From Haliotis cracherodii (Eukaryota): DNA of 64,000 nucleotides. The stretch is from NCBI RefSeq assembly GCF_022045235.1, contig NW_027266266.1, positions 27,900,001 to 27,964,000 on the forward strand, in the 5' to 3' direction. The notes under the pieces were generated by a model. That model did no database searches and was not told where the DNA came from. It worked only from the letters and a program-made list of their open reading frames with translations. Position 1 is the stretch's first letter; the number at the start of each line of letters is the position of its first letter. A program made the translations under genes and the position numbers. This document shows, in pieces, positions 1-12,828 of this stretch.

Positions 1-139
1 TGGGTTGCATCCCTTGGGCACATCAGCAACCTATGATTGTTGGTTTGAGTCCAAGTTTTCCCAGGTCATGTTTCTAGGTTTTTCAGCACCATACCCATAC
101 TCATAGGTTTCACCAAAGTTGTAATCGTCTTGAGACCTG
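1..139 (+). mobile_element. SINE family C fragment cut by the window edge
   Basis: Homologous to about 17778-17915 (cccttgggcac...atgtttctaggttt..cagcaccatacccat..gagacctg). Confidence 0.75.
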
Positions 140-781
140 AGATTGGAGATGCGCTATGAAAGACTACAAAGGAACTAATTCATGGATTCATTCATTGAAT
201 AATGTATATATCATATTAGTTACAATATCATGAAAACAGCCAATCAGGTACAATGTGCTTTCAACAAGACGAGTAACCAGTTCAAGAATTTTCTAAGCGT
301 GATGTCCCTAATGCCCACTATTACGATATGTATGATAGTAGGACTTTGAGTATCATATCAGCTCTATTGATTACAAAAGACAAAAGCCATATACATGTAC
401 TTTACCCATGATGCTGGAATTTGGTATTTGATTCATTGACACTCAAATAAAAACCTCTGCCTCAAGTGAATGACTACATTAGCCTCTTCAGTAACATCTG
501 TTAAGTATGTTAGGGTTAGTTTTTGTATGCGCTTTACTCTAGGATGCTAAGAAGTGTCTTTTGTCCTTTTTCCACACATGAAGTAAAGTTTGACATATGT
601 TGTCACTTGTGATAGTCATTCTTAGTGCTTGGAATCAAGATTATTCTCACTGGACCAAGACTTCAAATGGGCTCTAGACGATGCAGATTGGTTCTCTAAT
701 GTGAAAATGAGAGTACAAGGCTCACAAATGTTTAGATTGCTGCAAGATTTACTTGGTATTGCTGTTAAGAACATATGACCA

Positions 782-890
782 GGCCCTCGTTCCACAAAGC
801 GATCATAGTGCTACGACTATCGTTAGCTTATGTTATAGTATGGGAGTTACGATCACCATAGCACTAAAATCACTTTGTGGAATGGGGCCC
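782..890. mobile_element. ~110-bp MITE (related copy at 4357-4468, fragment near 3828-3885)
   Basis: Imperfect TIRs ggccctcgttccacaaagcgat / atcactttgtggaatggggccc. Confidence 0.7.
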
Positions 891-912
891 TAATCTACTT
901 CACAGTACTCTA

Positions 913-1163
913 GAAGACCCGGGTTGGACAAGGTCTTCAGCAACCCATCCTTGTCATAAGAAGCGTCTAAGCTCCTTGTAAGAGGCGTGTAACTGGATTT
1001 GGTGGTCAGGCTCGCTGACTTAAATGATGCATGTCATCGTATCCTAGTTGCATGAATCGATGCTCATGATGTCAATCACTAGAGTGTCTGGTCCAGACTC
1101 GATTATTTACAGACCATCGTCTTATAGCTGGAATATTGCTGAGTGCAGCCTTAAAGAACAAAC
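913..1163 (+). mobile_element. SINE-like element, family A
   Basis: ggtggtcaggctcgctgactt...atagctggaatattgctgagtgc..aaac tail; homologous copies at 31736, 43555 and 53107. Confidence 0.82.
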
Positions 1164-1569
1164 TTTACAGGAATGTTGTTATTAACCAACGTAACATTTT
1201 CTATACATCAATATTTCTGTTCCCGTTACCCAAGGTCTCTAAGCATTGGAACAAAGAATTGATTGATTATCCAAATTATGAGTTTTTTGTTTACATGTAG
1301 GATATTTTAAAGCATGTCAACCATGTTAAAATGATGAGGCAATTTTGGGTGCTTATTAATAATAGTTTCTCCTTGTTCAAACAGAATTTACATGATGAAC
1401 ATGCTTAGAGGTTGGAATCAAAAAGTACAGATGACAGTTGACAAGCACAAGTTAATTTAAACATGTTTTACGATATGACTGACTTTGAGTAATAAGGTAT
1501 ACTTTTTCCTTAAACTATTATAATTATGATGTTGTATGATGCCAAACTTTGGACTAACCTTATATTGTT

Positions 1570-2640
1570 ATAATTTTTTAATTTGATGTTTACACGATAT
1601 GCGACTTTTCCATTGGACGAGAGGTCGGTCACATGACCGCGAAATTGACGTTCATAAGTGTATGAACGACACAATTTGACGTTCATACGTTTTTCACGAG
1701 ACCGTGTTCTTGAAATGACGTAAACACTGACGGACTACTTCCACATTCCTGGGGAAACCCCTGGGAATTCCCTACCACGAAAACATACATTAGCATTATT
1801 TCCGATCATTTAGAACCTTTTATCTTGGTCACAGCATTTCAGTATACATTGAGAAACGTAAGAGAGCTTGACTGCATGATTGTTCACGAATTTCTTCGCT
1901 ACGGCCCATCCTAATGAACAAACGGAAAAATGCACATCCAAACTATCGTCAGTATCGACTGGATCTGTGTCTTGGCTGACAGTGACCGCCTCCAGCAATC
2001 TATGAATTTACCTTGGTGTCTGTTTGACGCATCTTTAATCACCTTTCAATAATCGGTCAGTTGATCAATTATGACTAACACATGTAACCGCCACAGGTTC
2101 ATTAACAACTTCGGAAATCCTCCCGTTACGTTTATCGTGTCGGCCATTTTGACGTCTTGTACTTGATATAATTTATGTATTACGACGCGCTGTCATTGTG
2201 ACTGACTTACTGAGGTAGTTCATTACAGACCTTTCTCATCTAATGGGGATATTATATGAAGACATGTGTTGCGTAAGATGTTTCTGAAGAGCAAGTTCTG
2301 CATCCATACGCTCATGTCACCTCTCTTTTGGGGGATCTATTTTATTCCGCGATATAGCTGGTTGTTGTTTGGCTGTCAGTGTAAACATGAGGTCACACAT
2401 ACTAAATAAAATTGTGTTTAGATCTTGGCCTATGTCCTTTGAGGAAAGAAATTGTGATAAAAAATTATAAGAATTGACTTTCACTTTGTGTGAGTTCATT
2501 GGAGTATGAACCTGCATAGAGTGAGGGCCAAACATTGTATGAACTTCGTCGCAAGCTCCGACGTTCATACAGTTTGGCCCTCACTCTGTGCAGGTTCATA
2601 CTCCAATGAACTCACACAAAGTGAAGGTCAATTCTTAAAT
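1570..2640. mobile_element. Dispersed repeat (family G) ending in a 170-nt hairpin
   Basis: 1570-1850 and 2573-2640 are both homologous to the internally deleted copy at 21955-22323. Confidence 0.75.
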
Positions 2641-2877
2641 GTTTTATTGGTTATGGGTTTAAAATCAAATATGTAAAAAGTGGGGTCCATAAGTTGAAAA
2701 TCCTCAAACAGAGGTAACTGACAGGCTGTTCCACATAATTGCCAGTCTGTTCTGTTATCTGGTTTGGGGTTATCAAAAGCACATACTATACTTGCTAGAG
2801 ATATGATGCTATCATGGTTGAGTTAGACATTAATGGTTGGCATAAGAATAAGTGCAGCTTTCAGCAAAATATTAATA

Positions 2878-3218
2878 CCATATTCAACATAATACGCGCC
2901 CAGGACGCTCTCAAACTTAGATATAGGGGGCTCTTATTAGAATATTATTTTGATGAAAAACAACAGAGTTGAATGATCGTAAATTTCGCGGTTATGCCGA
3001 CAGCCTGAAATGTTTATATACGACAGATATATTTTTCCAGAATTTAATTTCACATAAATAAGGATGCATATAACACATGTATTATACATGAATAAATAAG
3101 TCTTGTGTACATTTGTCAATTGGAAGGGGTGCTAATTTGGATTGTTCACTAGCCAAAATAATAGAAAATATCGCCATGGGCGCTTATTAGAGCGGGGCGC
3201 TTATTACGTCGAATACGG
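2878..3218. mobile_element. Non-autonomous Tc1/mariner (Tc2-like) element
   Basis: TIRs cc(a/g)tattc(a/g)ac(a/g)taata.gcgccc, flanked by TA on both sides. Confidence 0.75.
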
Positions 3219-4041
3219 TACATGCTTATTATGCATTACAGTGTTCATGACATGCTAGTTTCACCTTACATGTCCTGGGCCCAGACGTTTAGAGGGCCAG
3301 CCCTGACAGGACTTACATTACACCTAGTGATTGATTTATTACGCAAATATCAGGTGATTAGCTACACACTCCCCTAAATGTCATTTTATCAGGTCAATTA
3401 CCTAAAAATACAATCTGTCAATCAATAGATTAGTTAGGTCACATGGTACAGAAGTGTTGTGTAATCGTGCAGTCGGCAACATGGTAAGAAGGGTTGGTAT
3501 GTTCAGTTGAGGCATATTCAGTGATCTGTACTCAATGATCCATTAACAGTTATAGTGATGTGTATTGAGGCATGGTAATTGCTGAGCTAAGTGATGTGTA
3601 ATGTAGTGTAACTACTGTCAATGCATTGAAGTATAATGATGTGATAGGCAGTGAACTAGTATCAAATTGTACTATAGAAAGCTGAGGATAGAGGGAAGTG
3701 CCACATTGTGGGCTATAGTTTAACCTCTGGGTGCTAGCAGGCTCGGAAATTATAGTGTCTGTAACTCTGACATTGACATTGTAAGACCAGTTTCATGACA
3801 TTCTAGTTGTGTAAGGCATAGATAGCACCAGGGCCCACGTGCACAAACAGATCTTATCACTACAACTATTGTATGACCATATGTTGACCCTAAATCTACT
3901 TGAAAATGAAAATGATGTGCACTGAGAAATTCGGACTGTGAGTCTCAAATGTTTAGTTATGGGTGTACCTTTTCACCGTTAACATGTTAACTGGTCTGAA
4001 CTCTGATGCTGGTAAACTGTTTTGTTTGCTCATACACCCAT

Positions 4042-4328
4042 ATGTTTCAATTATGTATATTGAAATCCCCCCCAAATAGGAGAAGTTTTGGCTAGTCATG
4101 CTACATGAAGTAGGAGGGAGACTATGTCACCTAGTGGGATAGTTAGTGATTTGTAATAGATTAGTTAGGTCACATGGTACAGAAGTGTTGTGTAATCGTG
4201 CAGTCGGCAACATGTTTCAATTATGTATATTGAAATCCCCCCCAAATAGGAGAAGTTTTGGCTAGTCATGCTACATGAAGTAGGAGGGAGACTATGTCAC
4301 CTAGTGGGATAGTTAGTGATTTGTAATA
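4042..4328. repeat. Exact 117-bp duplication (4042-4158 = 4212-4328) bracketing a 60-bp copy of 3424-3483
   Basis: Direct base-by-base identity. Confidence 0.92.
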
Positions 4329-4356
4329 CATTGTGAGGGAAACAATGTTTGTAGTC

Positions 4357-4468
4357 TGGGGTGTCATTCTACAAAACAACCTTAGCGCTACGACTGTTTT
4401 AGTCTATGTTAAGGTATGGAGTTATGATCACCTTAGCGTTAAGATCGCTTTGTACAACAGCACCCTGG
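4357..4468. mobile_element. Diverged copy of the 782-890 MITE
   Basis: Shares tagcgctacgact...tatggagttatgatcaccttagc...atcgctttgt. Confidence 0.65.
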
Positions 4469-4859
4469 AAACAATATTTTCGCACTTTAAAAACATATAT
4501 CTCCCAAACAGTTTGTTAGTCTGACTGTTTTGCAAGGAACTTGAAAACAATAATCGTTCATACGAAAATGCATTAGTCAAGCTTAGGATAGGTGAAATTT
4601 GTTCCAGATGAATATGATTAAGAGTTGACAGTCGTATCTCACATTCATCAGTGTTCATTGCGACTATTCTAACTTTTCCTAGGAGGAGAGGTCTAGGGTT
4701 TTCTCCTGACTGATAGATTGGACAGGATTTATTATCCAACAAAAGGACAATCCCACCATACATCCTTGAAGTGTGAATAAATCTGTTCCATCATGTCCAT
4801 TTGTTTTGGGTTTTATGAAGCATAACAGAATCAGGACACTGTTTTATTGCTTTATATAA

Positions 4860-5335
4860 GATAGCTCCGCAATAAATCACAAAGAATAATGAAGAACGAA
4901 GCATGGTTTATTTCATGATAAAAAACATTGTTCTACGATGTCTGTAGATTCGAACATGGGAGTAAAGGTACAGTTAATTGGCATGAAAATTGCGAGAATA
5001 TACAGATAATACCAAACTTACCCCCCCTGATCACAAAGAGGACTTGTCCGACATTGCTGACGTCGGACTCTATTCAGGGAGTCATCATTATTTAAATACG
5101 GTTAAATATTTTAAAATCTTGTACATTTCATTCACCTCCTTAAAGAGGCTGTACATAGTTTTGATATCTCGTATAAGAAATAACCAACTCATGATCATTC
5201 TTTATTGTACAATAAAACACTGCAGGGAGAATAAACCACTTGGGACTGCGCTTCTTATTCTCCTTTATTCTCCCAGCAGTGTTTTATTTTATGATAAACA
5301 ACAACCACAAGTCATTTATGTCTTAAATAACTCAT
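4860..5335 (+). mobile_element. Dispersed repeat (family F) with terminal hairpin
   Basis: Homologous to 55815-56408 and, inverted, to 57325-57610 and 22935-23190; hairpin aataaaacactgcagggagaata...ttctcccagcagtgttttatt. Confidence 0.75.
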
Positions 5336-6733
5336 ATACAGGATGCTGTTTGTTTTACTTACCAACTCAGTCTTGGATATCTTAACTTTAAAGGGGTTAA
5401 CATGTTAGGTAGATACTTCATTGTGTTCACAGTGTACAGTTAAAAGGGTAAGGGCGTGGTTGTTTTTTGTATACTTGGACTAATAACAGATGCTAGGTAT
5501 TTTCTTTCTACTCTACTCTACTTCTTCTCTATTTATCCTGAAATAATTGGTTGATCTTTACTGTAAGGAAACAGTAAATTAGTGTAGGTAGCCACATAAC
5601 CATTATCAATTCCTGGTCACCTGAGCATGTCAGTGTGGATATGTGGATAGTTTTGCTTCACCCGTCTTCCTTGATATAAGCAAGTGTCAGTTTCAGTGTA
5701 TTACAGACACACCATATGATGTTCTATGATGATGATGTTGGCACAAGGTCAGTCCAACCTGCCCAGTGACCAGTTTACCTGGACAGTGTACCCCGAGATG
5801 TTGCCTGTATCTGCAATGCTTGAGTGACCACCACCCAACACAGCTGTTAGCTTGGTTTAACATATGCAGCCACAGGCCAGGCTATCAATGGCTGTATCAG
5901 GCCTATTTCATTCAGTGATAAATGTCTATGTAGAATAAGTAACTGGACCAGCTGTTGGTGCAGTGTGGATTTCACATCACTGTGGTTGTGTGGTTAGAAG
6001 GACTTGGATATATCTGGTAGGTAAATGTATAAAAAAGGCGTCCATGTCACAGGTGTTCATTTCTGTTTTCTTACTTTGCATATGTATAGCTGTGTACCTT
6101 TCATGTTGTGAATTACTTTCTTTCTATGCTGTTCATGCACTATGTGTCTGAGTTGAGGGGAGCTGTGAAGCAGGGTACACCATATTGTACCATGCAATAT
6201 TAACTCTGTGTTGTTAGTCTGCACACTAATACTCAAGAATTGATTTCATGTCATTGTGTAATGACGCAATCTTGATTGATCTGTTTGGATTGCATGTAAT
6301 GGGTTTGTCATGTCCAGCCAAAGGTATGTTTAGATAGCAGTGCCTAATAAACGTCTTTGCATATTCATTAGGCCATGTACCGGTATGTTCCTACTGAAGA
6401 CTGTGTTGACATGGTTGATGTTAAATATTCATTAGTTGAGTGAAGTAGACCTCATTGCCTATGGATGCTGGACAGTGTGTGTGACAGGACAGGCTACTGA
6501 TTAGCAACATGCTGGTACTGGTAAGAACTGCATATTTCTCTCCTATTGCACATGTCATAGCCTGCCTCAAGTATTGTTCCATATTGTCATGATTGTAGAT
6601 CCTGTGGTGGCGCTTATGATATATCAACAATGTAGGAATCATAAGACTAATGTCCATGACAGTAACATTGAGTGTATGAATCAGCCTAATCAACATGATC
6701 AATAGTAATTGTTCTACATACCATGCATACTGA

Positions 6734-6872
6734 GGCTGAAGGGGTCGTTGTCAGCACATGAACTACATATACCCCAGTAGGTTTTTGTATAGAGAAATGT
6801 ACCCTAGCCAAGATCAGAATACAGAAAGGTATCCTAGGATGAGTTCTTTCCATGACAACGACCCCTTCAGCC
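6734..6872. mobile_element. 139-bp MITE-like element with perfect 20-bp TIRs
   Basis: GGCTGAAGGGGTCGTTGTCA ... TGACAACGACCCCTTCAGCC; flanks atactga/acactga. Confidence 0.72.
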
Positions 6873-7940
6873 ACACTGAGCTTGCCTTTCTTTCAGGCTC
6901 TTTTACAAGCTGTCATGGTCTCTAAATAATTTGGCTTGTTGATTTATTTGATATGTTCTTTCTGCAGCCAATCTGTATCCTTCAATGTGCATTGTATATT
7001 TGTTGGTGATCGATCGCTTCATATCAAGGTTGTAGGCTTCACCTTGTCCCATCAGTCCCACCAGTTGTGTTTGTCCTTGGAAGTGTATTCCACTTTTACC
7101 TGTTTTTGCTGTCAGTGTTTCAGTTGCTTCTGTCCCTCTCTCTGAAGGAGTAGTCCACTTGACTAGTTGCCTGGTTACTTGTGAAAGTGACAACATGCCA
7201 CTCTCCGAATACCAAATGTTCAGACCACAGTTATAAGGTTTGCTTGCACAAGTAGAAAAACATCCCAACTGACAAGATCATGATGGATTAGGTTCATGAC
7301 AGGCTACTGATTGATGTCAAACTATGCTGGAGAGGACTAGCCTTCACAACACCACTGTAATACAACTAATGAAACAAAGGTGGGATCTTGTTGTTATATT
7401 GTGAACCTGTATTCAGCTTGTTTAGAGCTGCTGGCTATCTGTCTCTCAGGTAATCTTTGAGCCCTTTACAGTGTCTTAGAGATTACAAGCATTGCATATG
7501 TTGCAGAATCATTACCATCAATACCTTGTACCTTCATACTTTACCTTCAAATCTTCTTGCATGTGTTTCAGAAACCTCCTTCCATTAGTTGTACATCCTT
7601 GAAAGATGAGCAGACTCATTACAAGAAGGGAATGGTGTGAAGACCAGACTACATCGCTGGCCGCTCTGGCTGAGACACTCTGCTGATAGTTGTAAGTACA
7701 TTGCCACCTCCACCACCAAGTCACAGCTCATCAGGAGAACCTGTCAGCAGAATGTCCAAGTAGTATGGTCACTGCAGATGAGGTTCCTTCAATCTAATTT
7801 AACTCCAGTAATTACATGCGTATTTAGCGCTAGTTTTTACATATCTGTGTTCTGTTACGATGGTTACTGAATTGAAGTACCCAAGTCTGAACTGTGGTGG
7901 TGCAGATATATTTTGAATTGTCAGCTCTCAAAACCATAGT

Positions 7941-7978
7941 CTCTCTCTCACTCACTCACTCACTCACTCACTCACTCT
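7941..7978. repeat. (CT)n(CTCA)n microsatellite, probably a retroposon tail relic
   Basis: Same tetranucleotide as the SINE tails at 18001 and 34715. Confidence 0.7.
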
Positions 7979-10201
7979 ATATTCCTATCGATATGGCACT
8001 ATTGTATCATATACGTTTCTACAGTCTGCTTTGTTCCAAACGAGGATGATGAATTGCAAAATAACTCGAAATCTATTACCGTATATCGCTGTGTATAAGG
8101 CAAGTTTTTCATACCTAGAATTAGAGGGCTTTCAAGGGGGATCATCTTATACACAGGGTTAAAGAGTTTTGATGTTTTCCCCCCCAACAAAAAGACATTA
8201 CCGTGAGCATGTAACACCAGAAACACGGCAAAGTCGGCAAACTAATCACGTAATTACACTGTATGGTTATAAAAAGTGTTCATTTTATATCTGGACTTGC
8301 GTTTGTTATCTATTTTATTAATTTTATTCAAAATTTCATTCAAAATTGTTTGATTAATTTCGGCGAAATCGTATGTGAAGTGATTGGAAGATCGCACAAT
8401 TCACTGTTATTTACAGCAACCACGGTCAGATTATCGCTATTGATGCCTTGAAACAAACTTTAGTGGATAGAGAATGGATGTATATATATATCATAAATGC
8501 CATACATTGACTCGCTCAAAGTCATAGTGTTGTAGTATGACTAGTATATGTCAACATAAAGTTTTTGGAGCACGGGAGCAGCGATGGTGACTGATCAAAT
8601 TGTTCCTTATGAAAATATATTCGGCAATAGTGATCAGCTGTACCAGAGTGCTATGCTTATGGTTATTAATTTATTTCAAATGTATATAGTGTAGCTGCAA
8701 CTAAAATGATATTGGAATAAATTATTGCTGATAAAATAATAGTTTCTGATACAATTTATATGATCGCTGTATCAAAATTCATTTAAGTTATTGGGTAATT
8801 TGTAACCGAATCCCTGGTAGATTCCGAGAAATGTGTGCACTGCCGATTGTTGCTTCTGGTTTATGAGACAATACACATGGTAATCTTAATCTCTGCATAT
8901 AAAACAATGTTTTATCTCAAATTTCAAATTTGTATTGACCAAGTTTAATTGTTATCATCTGTTTGTTTCCCTGAATTCGCTGAAGGTATATGATGTAATT
9001 GTTTTTAGCGGAAGACAAACACGTTTTTATTGCAAATGTAGGGATTGTGTATGTGCTGGTGATGTGCTTCATTCCGATTCGCTTTATAGACGAGGTATGT
9101 AAATAATAATCTGATAGTAATAATAATCATGACAATCATTGCACTTAATATCAATTATCATGAATATATATAGTACCTCCTCAAAGAAGCCTCACAGAGG
9201 GAATGACATTATTTCCCTGCATATCAATATCAGGGATAATATTGATTCAGGATAATAAACAAGCACAGATAGTTTTAACCTATAACTGTCAATTTATATT
9301 TTCCCTAATGATATCTTTGACAAATTAACCTTTCTCAAGCCAGTGGGCATTTCTAATGTGTCGAAACATGTACATAGAGTTGCTTCCCTTTGACTTTGGT
9401 AAACTCCAAGGGCAGCCGTCAAGCTGGCAGGATCATGTTGAATGTTGTTTATATTGTAGATGTTAGTGGCATTTTATGTATGTTGATGTGTTTGCAACAG
9501 GTATACACAATCGCTACTTTAAAGTGCATGTGACATTCAACCAAGCATGTCATGTGAGCACAGTTGTACACAACTCCTTGTGCAACACTCTGTGCTCTAC
9601 CCAACCCAGCAGGGTTTCAGTTGATGCAGATTTCTATGAAAAGTGAAAAAAGTATAATTGTGAAAACTCAGTGATGTTCATGATAAGTAGCTTGTCAGTC
9701 ATCATGGTCATAAGGGTTCAATATAAAGTGACGACCTGAACAAGTAAATGGAAGATAATTACCATGTAGAAATTCTGATTCAGTATTCAAAAGTTAGAGT
9801 ATCTTTTCTTTGCATAATGCTGTATGACATGTATAAAGAAGGAAATGTTGTTAGCAATAACTAAACTAATTCATTGTCTGCTTGGTGGAACTATTAGTAC
9901 CCATATAGATCTATGTTCATCCAAACAGCTTGAGCATCGGGGACTACAGCATAGCACAGAGTACTGTTAGACACAGCTGTACTACAGCCTGTAAGGCTTA
10001 CTTCATGTCCTGATGTAGTAGTAACTTTTGAAATGATAAATGTTACTTTTTGTTAATATCTAACATTGTGCCTCTGAGTATGTTCATTTAATATATTATG
10101 TTACATAGATTCATACTACTTTATCAGTTCGAAGACTTTCACTGTTGATAACATGAGATTAGATCAGCTGGTGATAGGCACGTTGGCCACTTCATGCTGA
10201 T

Positions 10202-10460
10202 ATGGCAGCTTCATACTGTATTCAAGTCTAGAGACAGGCAGGGATTGACTCACTTGTGTAGGTTGAACCTTTGATGACTAATATGTCATTACCAAGAAGT
10301 TTGAGGATAGTGAAAAACAGTTGTTCCTGTAGGGTTTTTTTGATTGAAAGTTACATATGACATTTCCTACAGTCCCAATATAGTTTGTACATTTATGCTT
10401 CAACTCTGTATTGGTTATGTGTGTTAGTCCAGAGAGATGTTTGGGCTTAAAGAATTATAT
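10202..10460. repeat. Diverged direct repeat, partner at 13138-13420
   Basis: atggcagcttcatac.gtattcaagtctagagacaggcagggattgactca.ttgtgtag... is present at both sites. Confidence 0.85.
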
Positions 10461-10717
10461 CTATCTTGTGATAGAATCCAGCTACAGAGCAACAAATGTC
10501 ATCAGATACGTACTTGAGAAAATACCTGTTTTAAATTTCTGGAATGTCTGGGATTATACAGATGGCAAATGTTCTGAAATATCAATAAGCGCAGGCGAAA
10601 AATATGTTAGTTGACCTTAAAATGTTAAGCAGGAGAAATGCCTTGAGGGATCACTGCCATCTAACTTGTTCTTGATAATAATGTCAGTGTGGATGTCATT
10701 TGAAACTGTTATAAGCA

Positions 10718-12177
10718 CAGGGGTTGAAAAATACCATTGCCCGACGCCCGTGCCAAGTAAGGTTTAGATATCGGGCGTGTAATATACGTTTTCTAGTATG
10801 CCCGTGGACAAGAAGAGCATGCACACAAAATGAACTGGGTCAAGTTTCACGTGAATGTAATCATGTGATCATGTTACGATATTTGACTGTTTGATATTTT
10901 GCGAGTATCCCAGACTGGCAGTCTAATTTGCATACAGCTACACCAGTCAACCAATGGGATTCATACACTTCGATGTCAGGCAGGTCAACAACGAGAACCA
11001 GGCTTGTTTTATTGTTAAATTGTAGTAACACTTCCATATATGGCACATGCTTCTTGGAAAATGGAATGACAGACAGTTGACTACTTTATTTTGATTTTGT
11101 AATGCGAGGTAGAAACAATTTCCGACAAAAGAAGCTTTGTTAGGCCTAGCTTTGATGAGATTTATTTTTTTGACACACCAATCACCGTCGAGGCTCACAC
11201 GTTCTGGGTCTCGAAAACTTTGTTGACACAAAACAGTCGAACTACAATAAATCTGACTTTTAACGAGTCGAAGCATGGTATTTATAATATAGATCTATAT
11301 ATCTATTCCCCGTCAACTAAAGTTCGTTTTAAGGTGTCAATAGCGATAACCTGACAGTGGTTGCTGTAAATAACGACGACTTGTGCAATCTACCGATCCT
11401 TTTACGCACGATTTCGCCAAAATTAATATAAACTATATTGAACGAAATTTTGAATAAAATGATGAAAATATGCCACGAACATAAGTGTACAACGAACATG
11501 TTTTTATAACCAGATAGTGTAATAATAGGATTATATTGAGGACTTCATTGCGGATTTGTGATTGGTATTTCCGGTGTTGCGTGCTCGCAGTGATCAGTTG
11601 GTAATATTTTTTTGCGATGGGGAAAAGACATCGTGTCAGTGACCTAAGTTTACTAAACGTGTATATAAATTTTGGGAGCCATGTGTTAAAGCTGGCAATA
11701 TGTGAGTTAGGGCGATATTGAAGAGCGCAACAGCATTGCCAGTACCGCACATGTCAGATCATGTCACAGCTAGCGGTCTATATAAGTTTCTTTTCGGCAA
11801 TGGGGACAAACTTAAAAGGAAGGCGGAGGGGAATTCTGAAAATTCAAATGAATCTATTTCGGCCAAGAATAAGAAGTATGACGAATGTTAACGAAAACAA
11901 ACATTCATCGCTGAGTGGAAAGACATGGCCAAAGTCATGAACTGCACCACCTGTTCCAAGTCCCCAAGCATACAAGCTTGCAATGAAACTTTCATTGTTG
12001 GATGTTCAAATTTCAGAATTGAATATTGAAAAGTCACAATACATCAGATGTACACTAACATTTTACTGAATTTATTAGTTTGATTTTGGGCAAGTACATT
12101 TTAAAATAGGACAAGTAAGAATGTTGGTCATACTTGTCCTTGGTCAAGTATCATTTTTCATACATTTTCAACCCCTG
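10718..12177 (+). mobile_element. Internally deleted hAT-like DNA transposon with 5-bp TSD
   Basis: TIR CAGGGGTTGAAAA / TTTTCAACCCCTG, AAGCA on both flanks, and a transposase remnant inside. Confidence 0.8.
11775..12037 (+). pseudogene. Decayed N-terminal zinc-finger region of a hAT (ZNF862-like) transposase
   Basis: Hand translation KKYDEC*RKQTFIAEWKD..MNCTTCSK..NETFIVGCSNFRIE/LKSH, with one stop and one frameshift. Confidence 0.6.
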
Positions 12178-12276
12178 AAGCATGATTAAACTTGTGATTA
12201 CCATGGATCAGCATTCTCTATGAGGTCATTTCAGTGTGTTGGAGCAGGTACCTATCTACACCGTGTGTATATATGA

Positions 12277-12828
12277 GAGTAGGGAATGCCTATGCCAAAT
12301 AACTGTTCACAGTTAAATCAGACCACCTTTTCACAGATCACTGGTAATTTTTCTACCCGTTTCACAGTCACAGATAATTATTGTGTAAATTAGTTCATAT
12401 CTCATCATGTTCATACAGATAAGAAATGATCCATTCTTACCTTTCAATCTGATAGTGACTTACACCATATCATTGTCCATTTTATGTTGTTGCATGTGTA
12501 AAGTAGGACTGGACCTCTTGTTATTGTAACATGTAAACTTGGTAACAACTCGTCAGACAGACCGTCTTGGGCACATCTTGATAGTTTTAGGCTGTTCCCC
12601 AAATTTACTACATAGTATTCCCAGTTTCGATATATAAATGATAACAAATAATAACAATTCACAAGAAAAATAAACAGTTCACAGAAACGTTTTTATTTCT
12701 TGGCAAATTCACAATAACGGGACTGTTAAGAATAAAAGTATCACCAGCTAATTCTGAATGTGAAATATCGAATCATGGCAAATAAAAAGAGCCAATAACG
12801 TATAACGAAATAGGAATTTCCTACCCGC
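12277..12828. mobile_element. Probable non-autonomous DNA transposon
   Basis: Imperfect TIRs gtagggaatgcctat / ataggaatttcctac with repeated ttcacag subterminal motifs; no clear TSD. Confidence 0.4.

Noticed and set aside
2140-2160. YY1-like GCCATTTTG and CRE-like TGACGTC as a promoter or start of a minus-strand gene
   Set aside because: They lie within the family G repeat span, the minus-strand ATG frame closes after about 33 codons, and no downstream exons were found.
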